Source of the DNA: Candidatus Methanoperedens sp.
GTDB lineage: Archaea > Halobacteriota > Methanosarcinia > Methanosarcinales > Methanoperedenaceae
Reading direction: 5' to 3'
Assembly: GCA_027460535.1 (NCBI GenBank)
Contig: JAPZAR010000024.1
Span: forward strand, 60,001-92,000
DNA length: 32,000 nt
The notes under the pieces were generated by a model, which did not search any database, had not been told where the DNA came from, and was given only the letters and a program-made list of their open reading frames with translations. A program made the translations under genes and the position numbers. Positions 1 through 8,589 of the stretch are shown piece by piece. Each line of letters begins with the position of its first letter. The first letter of the stretch is position 1.

Positions 1-1
1 A

Positions 2-1006
2 CTGAATGCGCAGGGCTATACAGCTCACGGAGTTGTAGATGGAGAGGCGGCAATCAAGGCGGCAGAAATAGAAGTTTATGATTTGATACTGATGGATATA
101 GCGCTGCCTGGTATTGATGGCTTTGATGCTACAAAAATAATCAAAAGCAAGCCTCAGTACAAAGATGTAGCAGTGATAGCATTAACGGCATATCCTCTCA
201 AAGAGAATAAAAAAAGGTTACTCGAAGCAGGTTTTGTTGATTATTTATCAAAACCAATTGATGTAGTTGCGTTCATGAAAATGATGGGGAAATACAGAAT
301 AAAATGGTATGAAAAAATACGACCATCTATAAAAATGAAAGAATGGATTAAGCCCACGGGTTTAAACGTGCTGGATAATATGATGGATGGGGGGCTTTTT
401 TCAGGTTCCCTGGTGTATATACTGTCTGACCCGCAGATCGATTCAGAGATTTTTTTATTTCACTTTACTCAACCCAGAAAGTGCTTTTACATCGTCACTG
501 AGAGAGAATCCAAGTACGTCATTCAAGAAATAGAAAAACTCGGTTTTGATATCTCAAATATTGAGTTTATAGATATTTTCAGCGTTCATCATTCTTATTT
601 GGTAAACGAAACTGACCACAAGTCACTGGAATTTGTGAAAAGCAAGTTGCAGGGTATAAAAGAAAAAGATTTAACAATAATTATAGACACTTTTAATTTT
701 TTCCCACTCTTGAATGAAGGAAGGGACAGTATAAAGGAATTTGTGAATTTTCTTTATAACTTTGCCAAAAATAATGATGCCATAATTTACCTGCTTTCAT
801 TGAGGAATACGATTGATAGCAAGATCGAGAATGAAATCATGTGGCAATGTGATGTTATTTTTGATATAAGTTGTGTGAGGGATCCGGATAAAATAATAAA
901 TGAACTTAGGATAACTAAAGCTAAGAATATCAACGCGGCAACCGATACCATCAAGTTTTTCATCAAGGGAAAAGTACTAATAGATTCTTCGAAGGAGATT
1001 GTTTAG
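2..1006 (+). CDS. Response-regulator receiver (CheY-like REC) domain fused to a degenerate KaiC/RecA-superfamily domain; 5' end runs off the window
   Basis: The frame is open from nt 2 (LNAQGYTAHGVVDGEAAIKAAEIEVYDLILMDIALPGIDG...IALTAY...LSKPI), giving the REC pattern with acceptor Asp, Thr and Lys positions. The C-terminal ~220 aa follow the KaiC-like layout (GLNVLDNMMDGGLFSGSLVYILS ... IIIDTF). The Walker-A position reads SDPQIDSE instead of GxxGxGKT. Stop codon is TAG at 1004-1006. Confidence 0.8.
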   Translation: MNAQGYTAHGVVDGEAAIKAAEIEVYDLILMDIALPGIDGFDATKIIKSKPQYKDVAVIALTAYPLKENKKRLLEAGFVDYLSKPIDVVAFMKMMGKYRIKWYEKIRPSIKMKEWIKPTGLNVLDNMMDGGLFSGSLVYILSDPQIDSEIFLFHFTQPRKCFYIVTERESKYVIQEIEKLGFDISNIEFIDIFSVHHSYLVNETDHKSLEFVKSKLQGIKEKDLTIIIDTFNFFPLLNEGRDSIKEFVNFLYNFAKNNDAIIYLLSLRNTIDSKIENEIMWQCDVIFDISCVRDPDKIINELRITKAKNINAATDTIKFFIKGKVLIDSSKEIV

Positions 1007-1136
1007 AAACTGAAAATCAGCGCACCTGAAAATTTTGAATCATTTCTATAAATCGAATTGTTTCATCCAATTTTTTTAAACATTTTCTTTCAGCATGCGA
1101 AAATAAATCAAGAATTGCTGCACTCGATCATTCCAC

Positions 1137-1243
1137 CAAAATCCACGCTAATAATAAAATATCCATTTTCCCATTTTTTCAGGATAATCTTAAATATAAA
1201 AACTAAGGTAATATGAGGCTCTGTTGTTCTTAAAAAGCTGGTA
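1137..1243 (+). promoter_or_regulatory. Promoter/5' leader of the hyf-like operon (copy A of a duplicated leader); TATA-like box cttaaatataaaa at about 1189-1201
   Basis: AT-rich TATA-like element about 90 nt upstream of the ATG at 1282. The whole ~107-nt segment recurs at 3331-3442 with high identity (caaaatcc...atatcca.tttc.cattttttcagg.taatcttaaata.aaa.acta..gtaat..gaggctctgtt.ttc...aaaaagctggta). Confidence 0.5.
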
Positions 1244-1281
1244 ATAATCCATGTTTTCATTTAAAATGTGAAGGTATTCTG

Positions 1282-3306
1282 ATGGTGGTTCATACCTATT
1301 TGTTCTTTGGACTTGTAATCTTTTATCTGATCGGGGCTGTACTATCTGTTATATTAAACAGGAAGGACCGACTGGTCACGTATGCTTCATTCTTGAGCGC
1401 AGCCCTGGCATCGCTGCTGGGAATAGGTTTTTCATTCTTCGTTCTCTTCGGTGAGACCTTTACTTTCGCTTTGCCTGGCCCGACTTTCTTGAATTTCAGC
1501 GTTTTTGTGGATAAGCTGTCTGCATTTTTCATACTCGTAATTTCGATCGTGGCTTTTGCAGTCTCAATATACTCTCTGGGGTACGTTCGCGAATATTTCG
1601 GGAGAAAGAATATCGGCTACCTTTGTTTCCTGTATAACATATTCATCCTTTCAATGATCCTGGTGGTCTCCTCCAGCAACACACTGATGTTCCTGATCGT
1701 CTGGGAATTGATGTCACTTGTTTCGTATTTCCTGGTGATATACGAGCATGAAGAAGCCGAGATAAGAAAAGCAGGCTTCATCTATATCGTGATGACGCAT
1801 ATCGGGACGGGATTCATCCTCATATCGCTTCTTATCCTGGCAAGCTCAAGCGGCAGTCTCGATTTCGGGACATTCCGTGGCCTGACAATGTCACCTTTTC
1901 TCAAGGATATAGCATTCCTGTTCGCCCTGATAGGCTTCGGGACAAAGGCGGGGATCGTCCCGCTGCATATATGGCTGCCTTATGCCCATCCTGCCGCGCC
2001 AAGCAATGTATCTGCGCTCATGTCCGGTGTGATGATCAAAACAGCGATCTATATGCTCATCCGGGTTTGTTTTGATTTCCTGGGCGCCAGTGTTCTGTGG
2101 TGGGGAGTGCTGCTTTTAATTATTGCATCCGCATCCGCGCTTCTTGGCGTGATGTACGCCCTGATGGAGCACGATATGAAACGCCTGCTAGCATATCACA
2201 GCGTCGAGAATATTGGAATCATTCTCATCGGGTTGGGCGTATCCATGATATTCATGTCCACCGGACACCCGGAGCTTGCCGCGTTCGGGTTGATCGCTGG
2301 TCTCTATCATACCATAAACCATGCAGTGTTCAAGTCCCTGCTTTTCATGGGAGCAGGTTCGATTATTTTTTCAACGCATACAAAGAACATCGAGGAAATG
2401 GGCGGACTTCTGAAAAAGATGCCCTGGACCGGCTTGTTTTTCCTCATAGGCTCAATATCCATTTCTGCGCTTCCGCCTTTTAACGGTTTTGTGAGCGAAT
2501 GGCTCACCTTCCATACACAGCTCCTGAGCATCAATCTCTCGGAGAATATAATAAAGATACTTGTGCTTTCAAGCGGAGCTGCGCTGGCTCTCACCGGCGC
2601 TCTTGCAGCTGCGTGCTTTGTCAAGGCTTTCGGGATAAGCTTCCTGGCCCTCCCGCGCAGCGATCATGCACGGCACGCAAAGGAGGTTCCGGGAAGCATG
2701 CTTTTCGGGATGGGGATTCTTTCTCTTCTCTGCATTGCACTCGGGGTCTTAAGTTTTTACTTCCTCCCGATCCTCGATTCGATAGCCTCGCCGCTTACGG
2801 GCACAAGTATAATCTCAAAGGTTACATTTGACCTCTCGCTCGCCGCATTGAGCCCCCAGGCAGGAAGCGTTTCTACCTTGTGGTTATTCCTCCTGCTTTT
2901 CGTTCTGGTTCCCATTCCCTTTCTACTGGCACTCGCCCTGGGTGGCAGGACACATGCAAGAACATATGAGACCTGGGGATGCGGGCAGCCAGCTACAACA
3001 GGCAGGAACGAGTACACAGCCACCGGGTTCTCAAAGCCGATACGCATGTGGTTCAGCAGCATCTATCGCTCGCACAGGGAGATACAGACAAGCTACGCCG
3101 GCTCACCCTTCTTCAAGGAGAGATTTGTCTTCGATACGCAGATAGAGCCAATTTTCGAGAAATATCTCTATGGACCTGTCGTATGGATTGCACTGTTGGT
3201 ATCCAGAATATTGAGGGTCATTCAGACAGGGAGCATACACCTGTACCTGCTCTACATCCTGATCACACTGGTTATCGCACTGATATACGTGGGAAGTGGA
3301 GGGTAA
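1282..3306 (+). CDS. HyfB-like antiporter-type membrane subunit (NuoL/HyfB family), copy 1
   Basis: 674-aa polytopic protein with the antiporter-like signature GFGTKAGIVPLHIWLPYAHPAAPSNVSALMSGVMIK. It has a HyfB-size C-terminal extension (ETWGCGQP...NEYTATGFSKPI). It is the first gene of a hyf-ordered cluster. Confidence 0.85.
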   Translation: MVVHTYLFFGLVIFYLIGAVLSVILNRKDRLVTYASFLSAALASLLGIGFSFFVLFGETFTFALPGPTFLNFSVFVDKLSAFFILVISIVAFAVSIYSLGYVREYFGRKNIGYLCFLYNIFILSMILVVSSSNTLMFLIVWELMSLVSYFLVIYEHEEAEIRKAGFIYIVMTHIGTGFILISLLILASSSGSLDFGTFRGLTMSPFLKDIAFLFALIGFGTKAGIVPLHIWLPYAHPAAPSNVSALMSGVMIKTAIYMLIRVCFDFLGASVLWWGVLLLIIASASALLGVMYALMEHDMKRLLAYHSVENIGIILIGLGVSMIFMSTGHPELAAFGLIAGLYHTINHAVFKSLLFMGAGSIIFSTHTKNIEEMGGLLKKMPWTGLFFLIGSISISALPPFNGFVSEWLTFHTQLLSINLSENIIKILVLSSGAALALTGALAAACFVKAFGISFLALPRSDHARHAKEVPGSMLFGMGILSLLCIALGVLSFYFLPILDSIASPLTGTSIISKVTFDLSLAALSPQAGSVSTLWLFLLLFVLVPIPFLLALALGGRTHARTYETWGCGQPATTGRNEYTATGFSKPIRMWFSSIYRSHREIQTSYAGSPFFKERFVFDTQIEPIFEKYLYGPVVWIALLVSRILRVIQTGSIHLYLLYILITLVIALIYVGSGG

Positions 3307-3330
3307 AACATAGGGAGACATGTATTCGGG

Positions 3331-3442
3331 CAAAATCCTACATTAATAATCAATATCCACTTTCACATTTTTTCAGGTTAATCTTAAATACAAACACTAG
3401 AGTAATGGGAGGCTCTGTTATTCCTGAAGTAAAAAGCTGGTA
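3331..3442 (+). promoter_or_regulatory. Copy B of the duplicated leader, internal to the operon; TATA-like cttaaatacaaac at about 3383-3395
   Basis: Aligns by eye over about 110 nt with 1137-1243. GGTGG Shine-Dalgarno-like motif 6 nt upstream of the ATG at 3501. Confidence 0.45.
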
Positions 3443-3500
3443 TTTAAGAATGCTATCCAAATTTTCGGTAAAAATCGAAGTGCAATAGAGTGGTGGATAC

Positions 3501-5516
3501 ATGCTTGACAAATATTTATTTTTGTTACTCATCATCTTTTATTTGATCGGTGCAACATTATCGATCATATTCAATAGAAAAGACAGGCTTTCCTCTTATG
3601 CCTCTTTCTTGAGCGCAGCAATCTCATCCATGTTAGGGATTGTTTTCTCGTTTTCCGTTATTTTCGGCGACACTTTCAGCTTTTCCTTATCAGGTTCTTC
3701 ATTCCTGAACTTCGGATTCTCCGTGGACAGGCTTGCAGCATTTTTCATTCTTGCGATATCCATTGCAGTGTTCGCGGTTTCGATCTATTCGATCGGGTAC
3801 GTGCGAGAATACTTCGGGAAAAAGAATATCGGCTACCTGGGCTTCCTTTATAACATTTTTATTCTATCCATGATCCTTGTGGTCAGCGCGAATAATGCAG
3901 TCATGTTCCTGATAGTCTGGGAACTGATGTCCCTGGTATCCTATTTCCTGGTGATATACGAACATGAAAAACCGGAAACAAGGAAGGCGGGTTTTATCTA
4001 CATAGTGATGACGCATATCGGGACCGGATTCATACTCCTCTCATTCCTGATCCTTGCAAGTTCAAGCGGCAATTTCAGTTTCGAATCATTCATGGGCGCT
4101 GGTTCAAGAATGACCCCGCTCCTGAAAGACCTCGTGTTCCTTTTCGCTCTCATAGGCTTTGGCGCCAAGGCGGGTATCGTGCCACTTCATATCTGGCTTC
4201 CCTATGCCCACCCTGCCGCGCCAAGCAATGTATCAGCCCTCATGTCCGGCGTGATGATCAAGACCGCGATCTATATGTTCATCCGTGTTTTCTTTGATTT
4301 CCTGGGCGCGGGCGTTATGTGGTGGGGATTCCTGGTGCTGTCCGTTGGCGCACTCTCGGCGATACTTGGTATAATGTATGCGGTCGTTGAACCCGATATA
4401 AAGCGGATGCTTGCCTATAGCAGCATAGAGAATATGGGGATCATCCTTCTTGGAATTGGCGCATCGATGATCTTTTTTGAAGAGGGAAATGCCGCCCTGG
4501 CGGCAATCGCGGCTATCGCAGCGCTGTATCACCTGTTAAACCACGCAGTATTCAAGGGACTATTATTCATGGGCGCAGGCTCGGTCATATTTTCAACCCA
4601 TACAAGGAATATCGAGAAACTGGGTGGCCTGATCAAGAAGATGCCATTGATGGCATTCCTTTTCCTGATAGGAGTGCTTTCCATCTCCGCCCTGCCGCCA
4701 TTTTCTGGTTTTGTGAGCGAATGGCTCACCCTTCAGTCGCTGCTTATGAGTTTCAGTTCAGGCGATTCCCTTGTAAGGATAGTACTTCCTGTCAGCGCCG
4801 CAGTCCTTGCCCTCACCGGCGCCCTTGCAGCTTTCTGTTTCCTGAAGGCTTTCGGAATAGGGTTCCTGGCGCTACCGCGAAGTGAGAACGCTGAACATGC
4901 GAAGGAGGCAAATATGCCCATGCTGCTCGGAATGGGAATTTTCGCAATATTATCCGTGCTTCTGGGTATCCTGCCTTTTTATGCCCTTCCCGTTCTTGAC
5001 AGGATCACACAGACCTTTACAGGGGCGAGCGCTTCCTTTTCATCAGGCATTTTCGGCTCGATCGTCATGCCCGCAGGGCAGATATCAGTCTCAACCCCTG
5101 CGATAGCGCTCCTGATGCTTGCGGTGCTCCCGCTCCCGTTAATAATTATGTTGATGTATAATAGCAGGAAGAATGAAACCTGGGGATGCGGGCAGCCCGT
5201 TTCCACGGCAAGGAACGAGTATACAGCCACTGCCTTTTCAAAACCCATACAGATGTGGTTCAGGAACATCTACCGCCCGGTAAGGGAATTGCGGACGATC
5301 TACTCGGTCTCGCCCTTTTTCAAAGAATCCTTCAAGTTCGATTCGCAGATAGAACAGATATTTGAACGTTATCTCTATACCCCGGTGGTAGACGGAGTTC
5401 TTGCAAAATCGAGAGTTGTAAAGATGATCCAGACAGGCAGCATCCATGCCTACCTCACCTATATCTTCGGGACCCTGGTAATTCTTATGATGTTTATAAT
5501 TTTAGGAGGCAACTAA
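3501..5516 (+). CDS. HyfB-like antiporter-type membrane subunit, copy 2 (tandem paralogue of 1282-3306)
   Basis: 671 aa, colinear with copy 1 over the full length (roughly three quarters identical by eye). Long stretches are also near-identical at nucleotide level, e.g. around ...ccctgccgcgccaagcaatgtatc...catgtccgg.gtgatgatcaa.ac.gcgatctatatg.tcatccg.gtt. Confidence 0.85.
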   Translation: MLDKYLFLLLIIFYLIGATLSIIFNRKDRLSSYASFLSAAISSMLGIVFSFSVIFGDTFSFSLSGSSFLNFGFSVDRLAAFFILAISIAVFAVSIYSIGYVREYFGKKNIGYLGFLYNIFILSMILVVSANNAVMFLIVWELMSLVSYFLVIYEHEKPETRKAGFIYIVMTHIGTGFILLSFLILASSSGNFSFESFMGAGSRMTPLLKDLVFLFALIGFGAKAGIVPLHIWLPYAHPAAPSNVSALMSGVMIKTAIYMFIRVFFDFLGAGVMWWGFLVLSVGALSAILGIMYAVVEPDIKRMLAYSSIENMGIILLGIGASMIFFEEGNAALAAIAAIAALYHLLNHAVFKGLLFMGAGSVIFSTHTRNIEKLGGLIKKMPLMAFLFLIGVLSISALPPFSGFVSEWLTLQSLLMSFSSGDSLVRIVLPVSAAVLALTGALAAFCFLKAFGIGFLALPRSENAEHAKEANMPMLLGMGIFAILSVLLGILPFYALPVLDRITQTFTGASASFSSGIFGSIVMPAGQISVSTPAIALLMLAVLPLPLIIMLMYNSRKNETWGCGQPVSTARNEYTATAFSKPIQMWFRNIYRPVRELRTIYSVSPFFKESFKFDSQIEQIFERYLYTPVVDGVLAKSRVVKMIQTGSIHAYLTYIFGTLVILMMFIILGGN

Positions 5517-6463
5517 TGAACCCCATTGCCATTGCGATCTTCCAGATAATCGTAATAATCGTACTTGCGCCGCTCCTGAGCGGCATAATGAAAAAAGTAA
5601 AGGCCTTCTTCCAGATACGCAAAGGACCGAGCATTTTCCAGCCTTACTACGATATCGCCAAGCTTTTGAGAAAAGATTCTGTGGTATCTGAGAATGCATC
5701 CTGGATTTTCCATGCTGCGCCAGTCATTTCATTTGTCGCAATACTCACAGCAGGCATGCTTATCCCGATTTACATCTCGGATATGCCTTTTGGCTTTGCG
5801 GGGGATCTCATAGCTGTTGTCTATCTTCTCGCCCTTGCAAGATTCTTTACCGCACTCGCATCCCTTGATACCGGAAGTTCCTTTGGCGGGATGGGAGGGA
5901 GCAGGGAGATGTTCGTGGCATCCATGGTCGAGCCTGCCATGATGCTTTCGATATTCGCCATAGCCCTCAATGTGGGCTCAACGAACCTGAGCTATATTTC
6001 CCAGACAGTTTCATCCATGGGGCTCGCCGCAATCTCTCCTTACCACCTGCTTGCGTTCGTGGCGCTTTTCATAATTGCGATTGCCGAGACGGGAAGGATA
6101 CCTGTAGATAACCCGGCCACGCATCTTGAACTCACGATGATCCATGAAGCCATGATACTTGAATATTCAGGAAAGCAGCTCGCTCTGGTGGAACTCAGTG
6201 CCATGATGAAACAATTGCTGGTATTTTCGCTGCTTGCAAACATCTTTTTCCCCTGGGGCATAGCATCAGGGGCAACCGTGGGAGGTATTGGCGTGGCGCT
6301 TATAGCCTTTGTAATAAAGATCGGGATTCTGGGGACAGCCATGGCAATGGTCGAGACTTCAACCGCAAAATGGAGGATGTTCAGGCTGCCGGATCTCCTC
6401 TCCGTCTCTCTCATGCTTTCATTCCTATCACTTGTTTCATTTATTATCGTAAAAGGAGGATAG
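5516..6463 (+). CDS. HyfC/HycD/NuoH-like membrane subunit
   Basis: 315 aa polytopic protein with motif ETGRIPVDNPATHLELTMIHEAMILEYSGKQLAL. Its start overlaps the stop of the preceding gene (TAATG). Confidence 0.85.
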   Translation: MNPIAIAIFQIIVIIVLAPLLSGIMKKVKAFFQIRKGPSIFQPYYDIAKLLRKDSVVSENASWIFHAAPVISFVAILTAGMLIPIYISDMPFGFAGDLIAVVYLLALARFFTALASLDTGSSFGGMGGSREMFVASMVEPAMMLSIFAIALNVGSTNLSYISQTVSSMGLAAISPYHLLAFVALFIIAIAETGRIPVDNPATHLELTMIHEAMILEYSGKQLALVELSAMMKQLLVFSLLANIFFPWGIASGATVGGIGVALIAFVIKIGILGTAMAMVETSTAKWRMFRLPDLLSVSLMLSFLSLVSFIIVKGG

Positions 6464-6466
6464 AAT

Positions 6467-7126
6467 ATGTCAGAGATCGTTTTCGGGTCAAATGTTATGC
6501 AGCTGCTTATCTCACTTATACTTGTCTCGACCTTTATGATCCTGGGTTCCACGCGCCTTTATTCATGCGTGAGAGCCTTCGGGATCCAGTCATTCCTGCT
6601 TGCATGCGTGGCCGGGATAGTGGCCTATTCAACTGGAAAAAATGACATCTATATTGTTTCCGCCCTGACATTGATAATAAAAGCGCTGGTGATCCCTTAT
6701 ATTTTCATCTACATAATCCGCGAGATCAAAGTGAAAAGGGAAGTCCAGTTGTACGTGAATATTTCCCCTTCGCTTATAATAGGCGGCATCCTGGTGGTCA
6801 TTTCATACTATCTTATACGCTCCATAAACCTTATCACAGAGCTGTCAAGTTTTGCCCTTTCTGCTTCCATGTCACTGGTATCAATCGGTCTTTTCATTAT
6901 GATCAGCCGCAAGAAAGCCATAATGCAGATGCTGGGCATCCTGATAATGGAAAACGGGCTTTTTCTTGGAGCGATATCTCTGACATACGGCATGCCTCTG
7001 CTTGTCGAACTGGGGATATTCTTCGATGTACTGATAGGCGCACTGATCATGGGTATCCTGATATTCAGGATAAATAAGACATTCGAGAGCATCGATACTG
7101 ATATGCTTAAAACTCTGATAGGTTGA
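6467..7126 (+). CDS. HyfE-like small membrane subunit (NuoK-related)
   Basis: 219 aa. ...ILIMENGLFLGAISL...LLVELGIFFDVLIGALIMGIL...LKTLIG matches the HyfE pattern (LMENG, LVE.GI..D, C-terminal L..L.G). Confidence 0.75.
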   Translation: MSEIVFGSNVMQLLISLILVSTFMILGSTRLYSCVRAFGIQSFLLACVAGIVAYSTGKNDIYIVSALTLIIKALVIPYIFIYIIREIKVKREVQLYVNISPSLIIGGILVVISYYLIRSINLITELSSFALSASMSLVSIGLFIMISRKKAIMQMLGILIMENGLFLGAISLTYGMPLLVELGIFFDVLIGALIMGILIFRINKTFESIDTDMLKTLIG

Positions 7127-7130
7127 TACC

Positions 7131-8585
7131 ATGATTGAATACCTTCTTCTCGCCCCGGTTCTCACATGCATACTGTGCTTTTTCACAAGAACGCGAAAAC
7201 AGGTGGAGACCGTGAGCTTAACAGGCTCCATAGCCACGCTTATTCTTGGCCTGGTACTTGTGGCCCAGGTGTACAAGAACAATATAATAATATCGTGGAC
7301 AAATGCCCTGTTCGCAGACATGTTCAGCGCCTTCATTGTCCTTATTGTTTCTATCGTGGGTTTTGTGGCTTCGCTCTACTCTGTGGGCTACATGGGACAT
7401 GAACTGGAACACGGCACCATAGACTTCCGAAGACTGAGAATATACTACGGTCTTTTCCACGTATTCATGTTCACCATGCTGCTTGTGGGTGTGACGAACA
7501 ACCTTGGTCTCTGGATCGCCATAGAGATGACCACCCTCGTTTCTGCGCTCCTGATGATACTTTACTCGAAAAAATCCTCCATTGAAGCGGCATGGAAATA
7601 CATGATCATATGTACCGTAGGAATAACGTTCGCGCTTTTCGGAACCATACTCACCTACTTTGCTGCTGTCAAGATCCTGGGCGAGAGCGGAGATGCGCTC
7701 AACTGGACATCACTAGTCGCTGTCGCTGACCAGTTCGACCCGACGATCATGAAGCTTGCCTTTATTTTCATTCTCATAGGTTACGGCACAAAAGCAGGCC
7801 TTGCACCCATGCATACCTGGCTTCCCGATGCCCACAGTGAAGCTCCCACGCCTGTAAGCGCGCTTCTCTCAGGCGTGCTGCTTAACTGCGCCATGTACGG
7901 CATTATCAGGTTCTACACGATCGCCACGAAATCAACGGGTGCAGTTTTTACCAGCAATCTGCTGATCATATTCGGGCTCCTGTCGCTTGGCATCGCCGTG
8001 CCTTTCATACTCCTTCAGGAAGACTACAAGCGGCTCCTTGCATACTCAAGCGTGGAACATATGGGAATCATTGCGATCGGCATAGGCTTCGGAGGTGTTT
8101 TTGGAATCTTCGGGGCGATATTGCACATGTTCAACCATGCCATGACGAAATCCCTCATGTTCTTTGGCGCGGGGAATGTGCTGCTAAAACATGATACGAA
8201 AGAGATATTCAATGTGACCGGACTTGTAAAATCAATGCCATACACAGGCGCCATGTTCGTGATCGGGGGGCTTGCCATCACGGGCTCTCCGCCTTTTTCC
8301 ATATTCATAAGCGAATTTACCATACTTGCGGCAGGGTTCTCACAGGGGCACATAATTGCCGCAGTACTGTTCCTGCTTTTTATAATAATGATATTCGCAG
8401 GCTTTTTCAACAACGTGAGCAAAATGGCTTTCGGGACACCAAAACCCGGAATTGAAAAAGGTGAGGTGAGCAGATGGACCCTGGGCGCAATGGCTATATT
8501 GATTGTTTTCGTTGTCGTGCTCGGGGTTTACATCCCGCCTTCATTCTACGAGATGATAATGAAAGTCGTACAGATTGTGAGATGA
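7131..8585 (+). CDS. HyfF/NuoN/NuoM-like antiporter-type membrane subunit
   Basis: 484 aa with GYGTKAGLAPMHTWLPDAHSEAPTPVSALLSGVLLN and LAYSSVEHMG motifs. Confidence 0.85.
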   Translation: MIEYLLLAPVLTCILCFFTRTRKQVETVSLTGSIATLILGLVLVAQVYKNNIIISWTNALFADMFSAFIVLIVSIVGFVASLYSVGYMGHELEHGTIDFRRLRIYYGLFHVFMFTMLLVGVTNNLGLWIAIEMTTLVSALLMILYSKKSSIEAAWKYMIICTVGITFALFGTILTYFAAVKILGESGDALNWTSLVAVADQFDPTIMKLAFIFILIGYGTKAGLAPMHTWLPDAHSEAPTPVSALLSGVLLNCAMYGIIRFYTIATKSTGAVFTSNLLIIFGLLSLGIAVPFILLQEDYKRLLAYSSVEHMGIIAIGIGFGGVFGIFGAILHMFNHAMTKSLMFFGAGNVLLKHDTKEIFNVTGLVKSMPYTGAMFVIGGLAITGSPPFSIFISEFTILAAGFSQGHIIAAVLFLLFIIMIFAGFFNNVSKMAFGTPKPGIEKGEVSRWTLGAMAILIVFVVVLGVYIPPSFYEMIMKVVQIVR

Positions 8586-8589
8586 GAGT

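Noticed and set aside
1323-8422. Many 60-170-aa ORFs on the opposite strand or in other frames inside the hyf-like genes (e.g. 1323-1532, 2097-2483, 2307-2624, 4233-4532, 6040-6552, 6881-7336, 8024-8422)
   Set aside because: They lie entirely within long, motif-rich membrane-protein ORFs. Their translations are low-complexity or Arg/Ser/Pro-rich with no recognisable motifs. This is the typical shadow-ORF picture.
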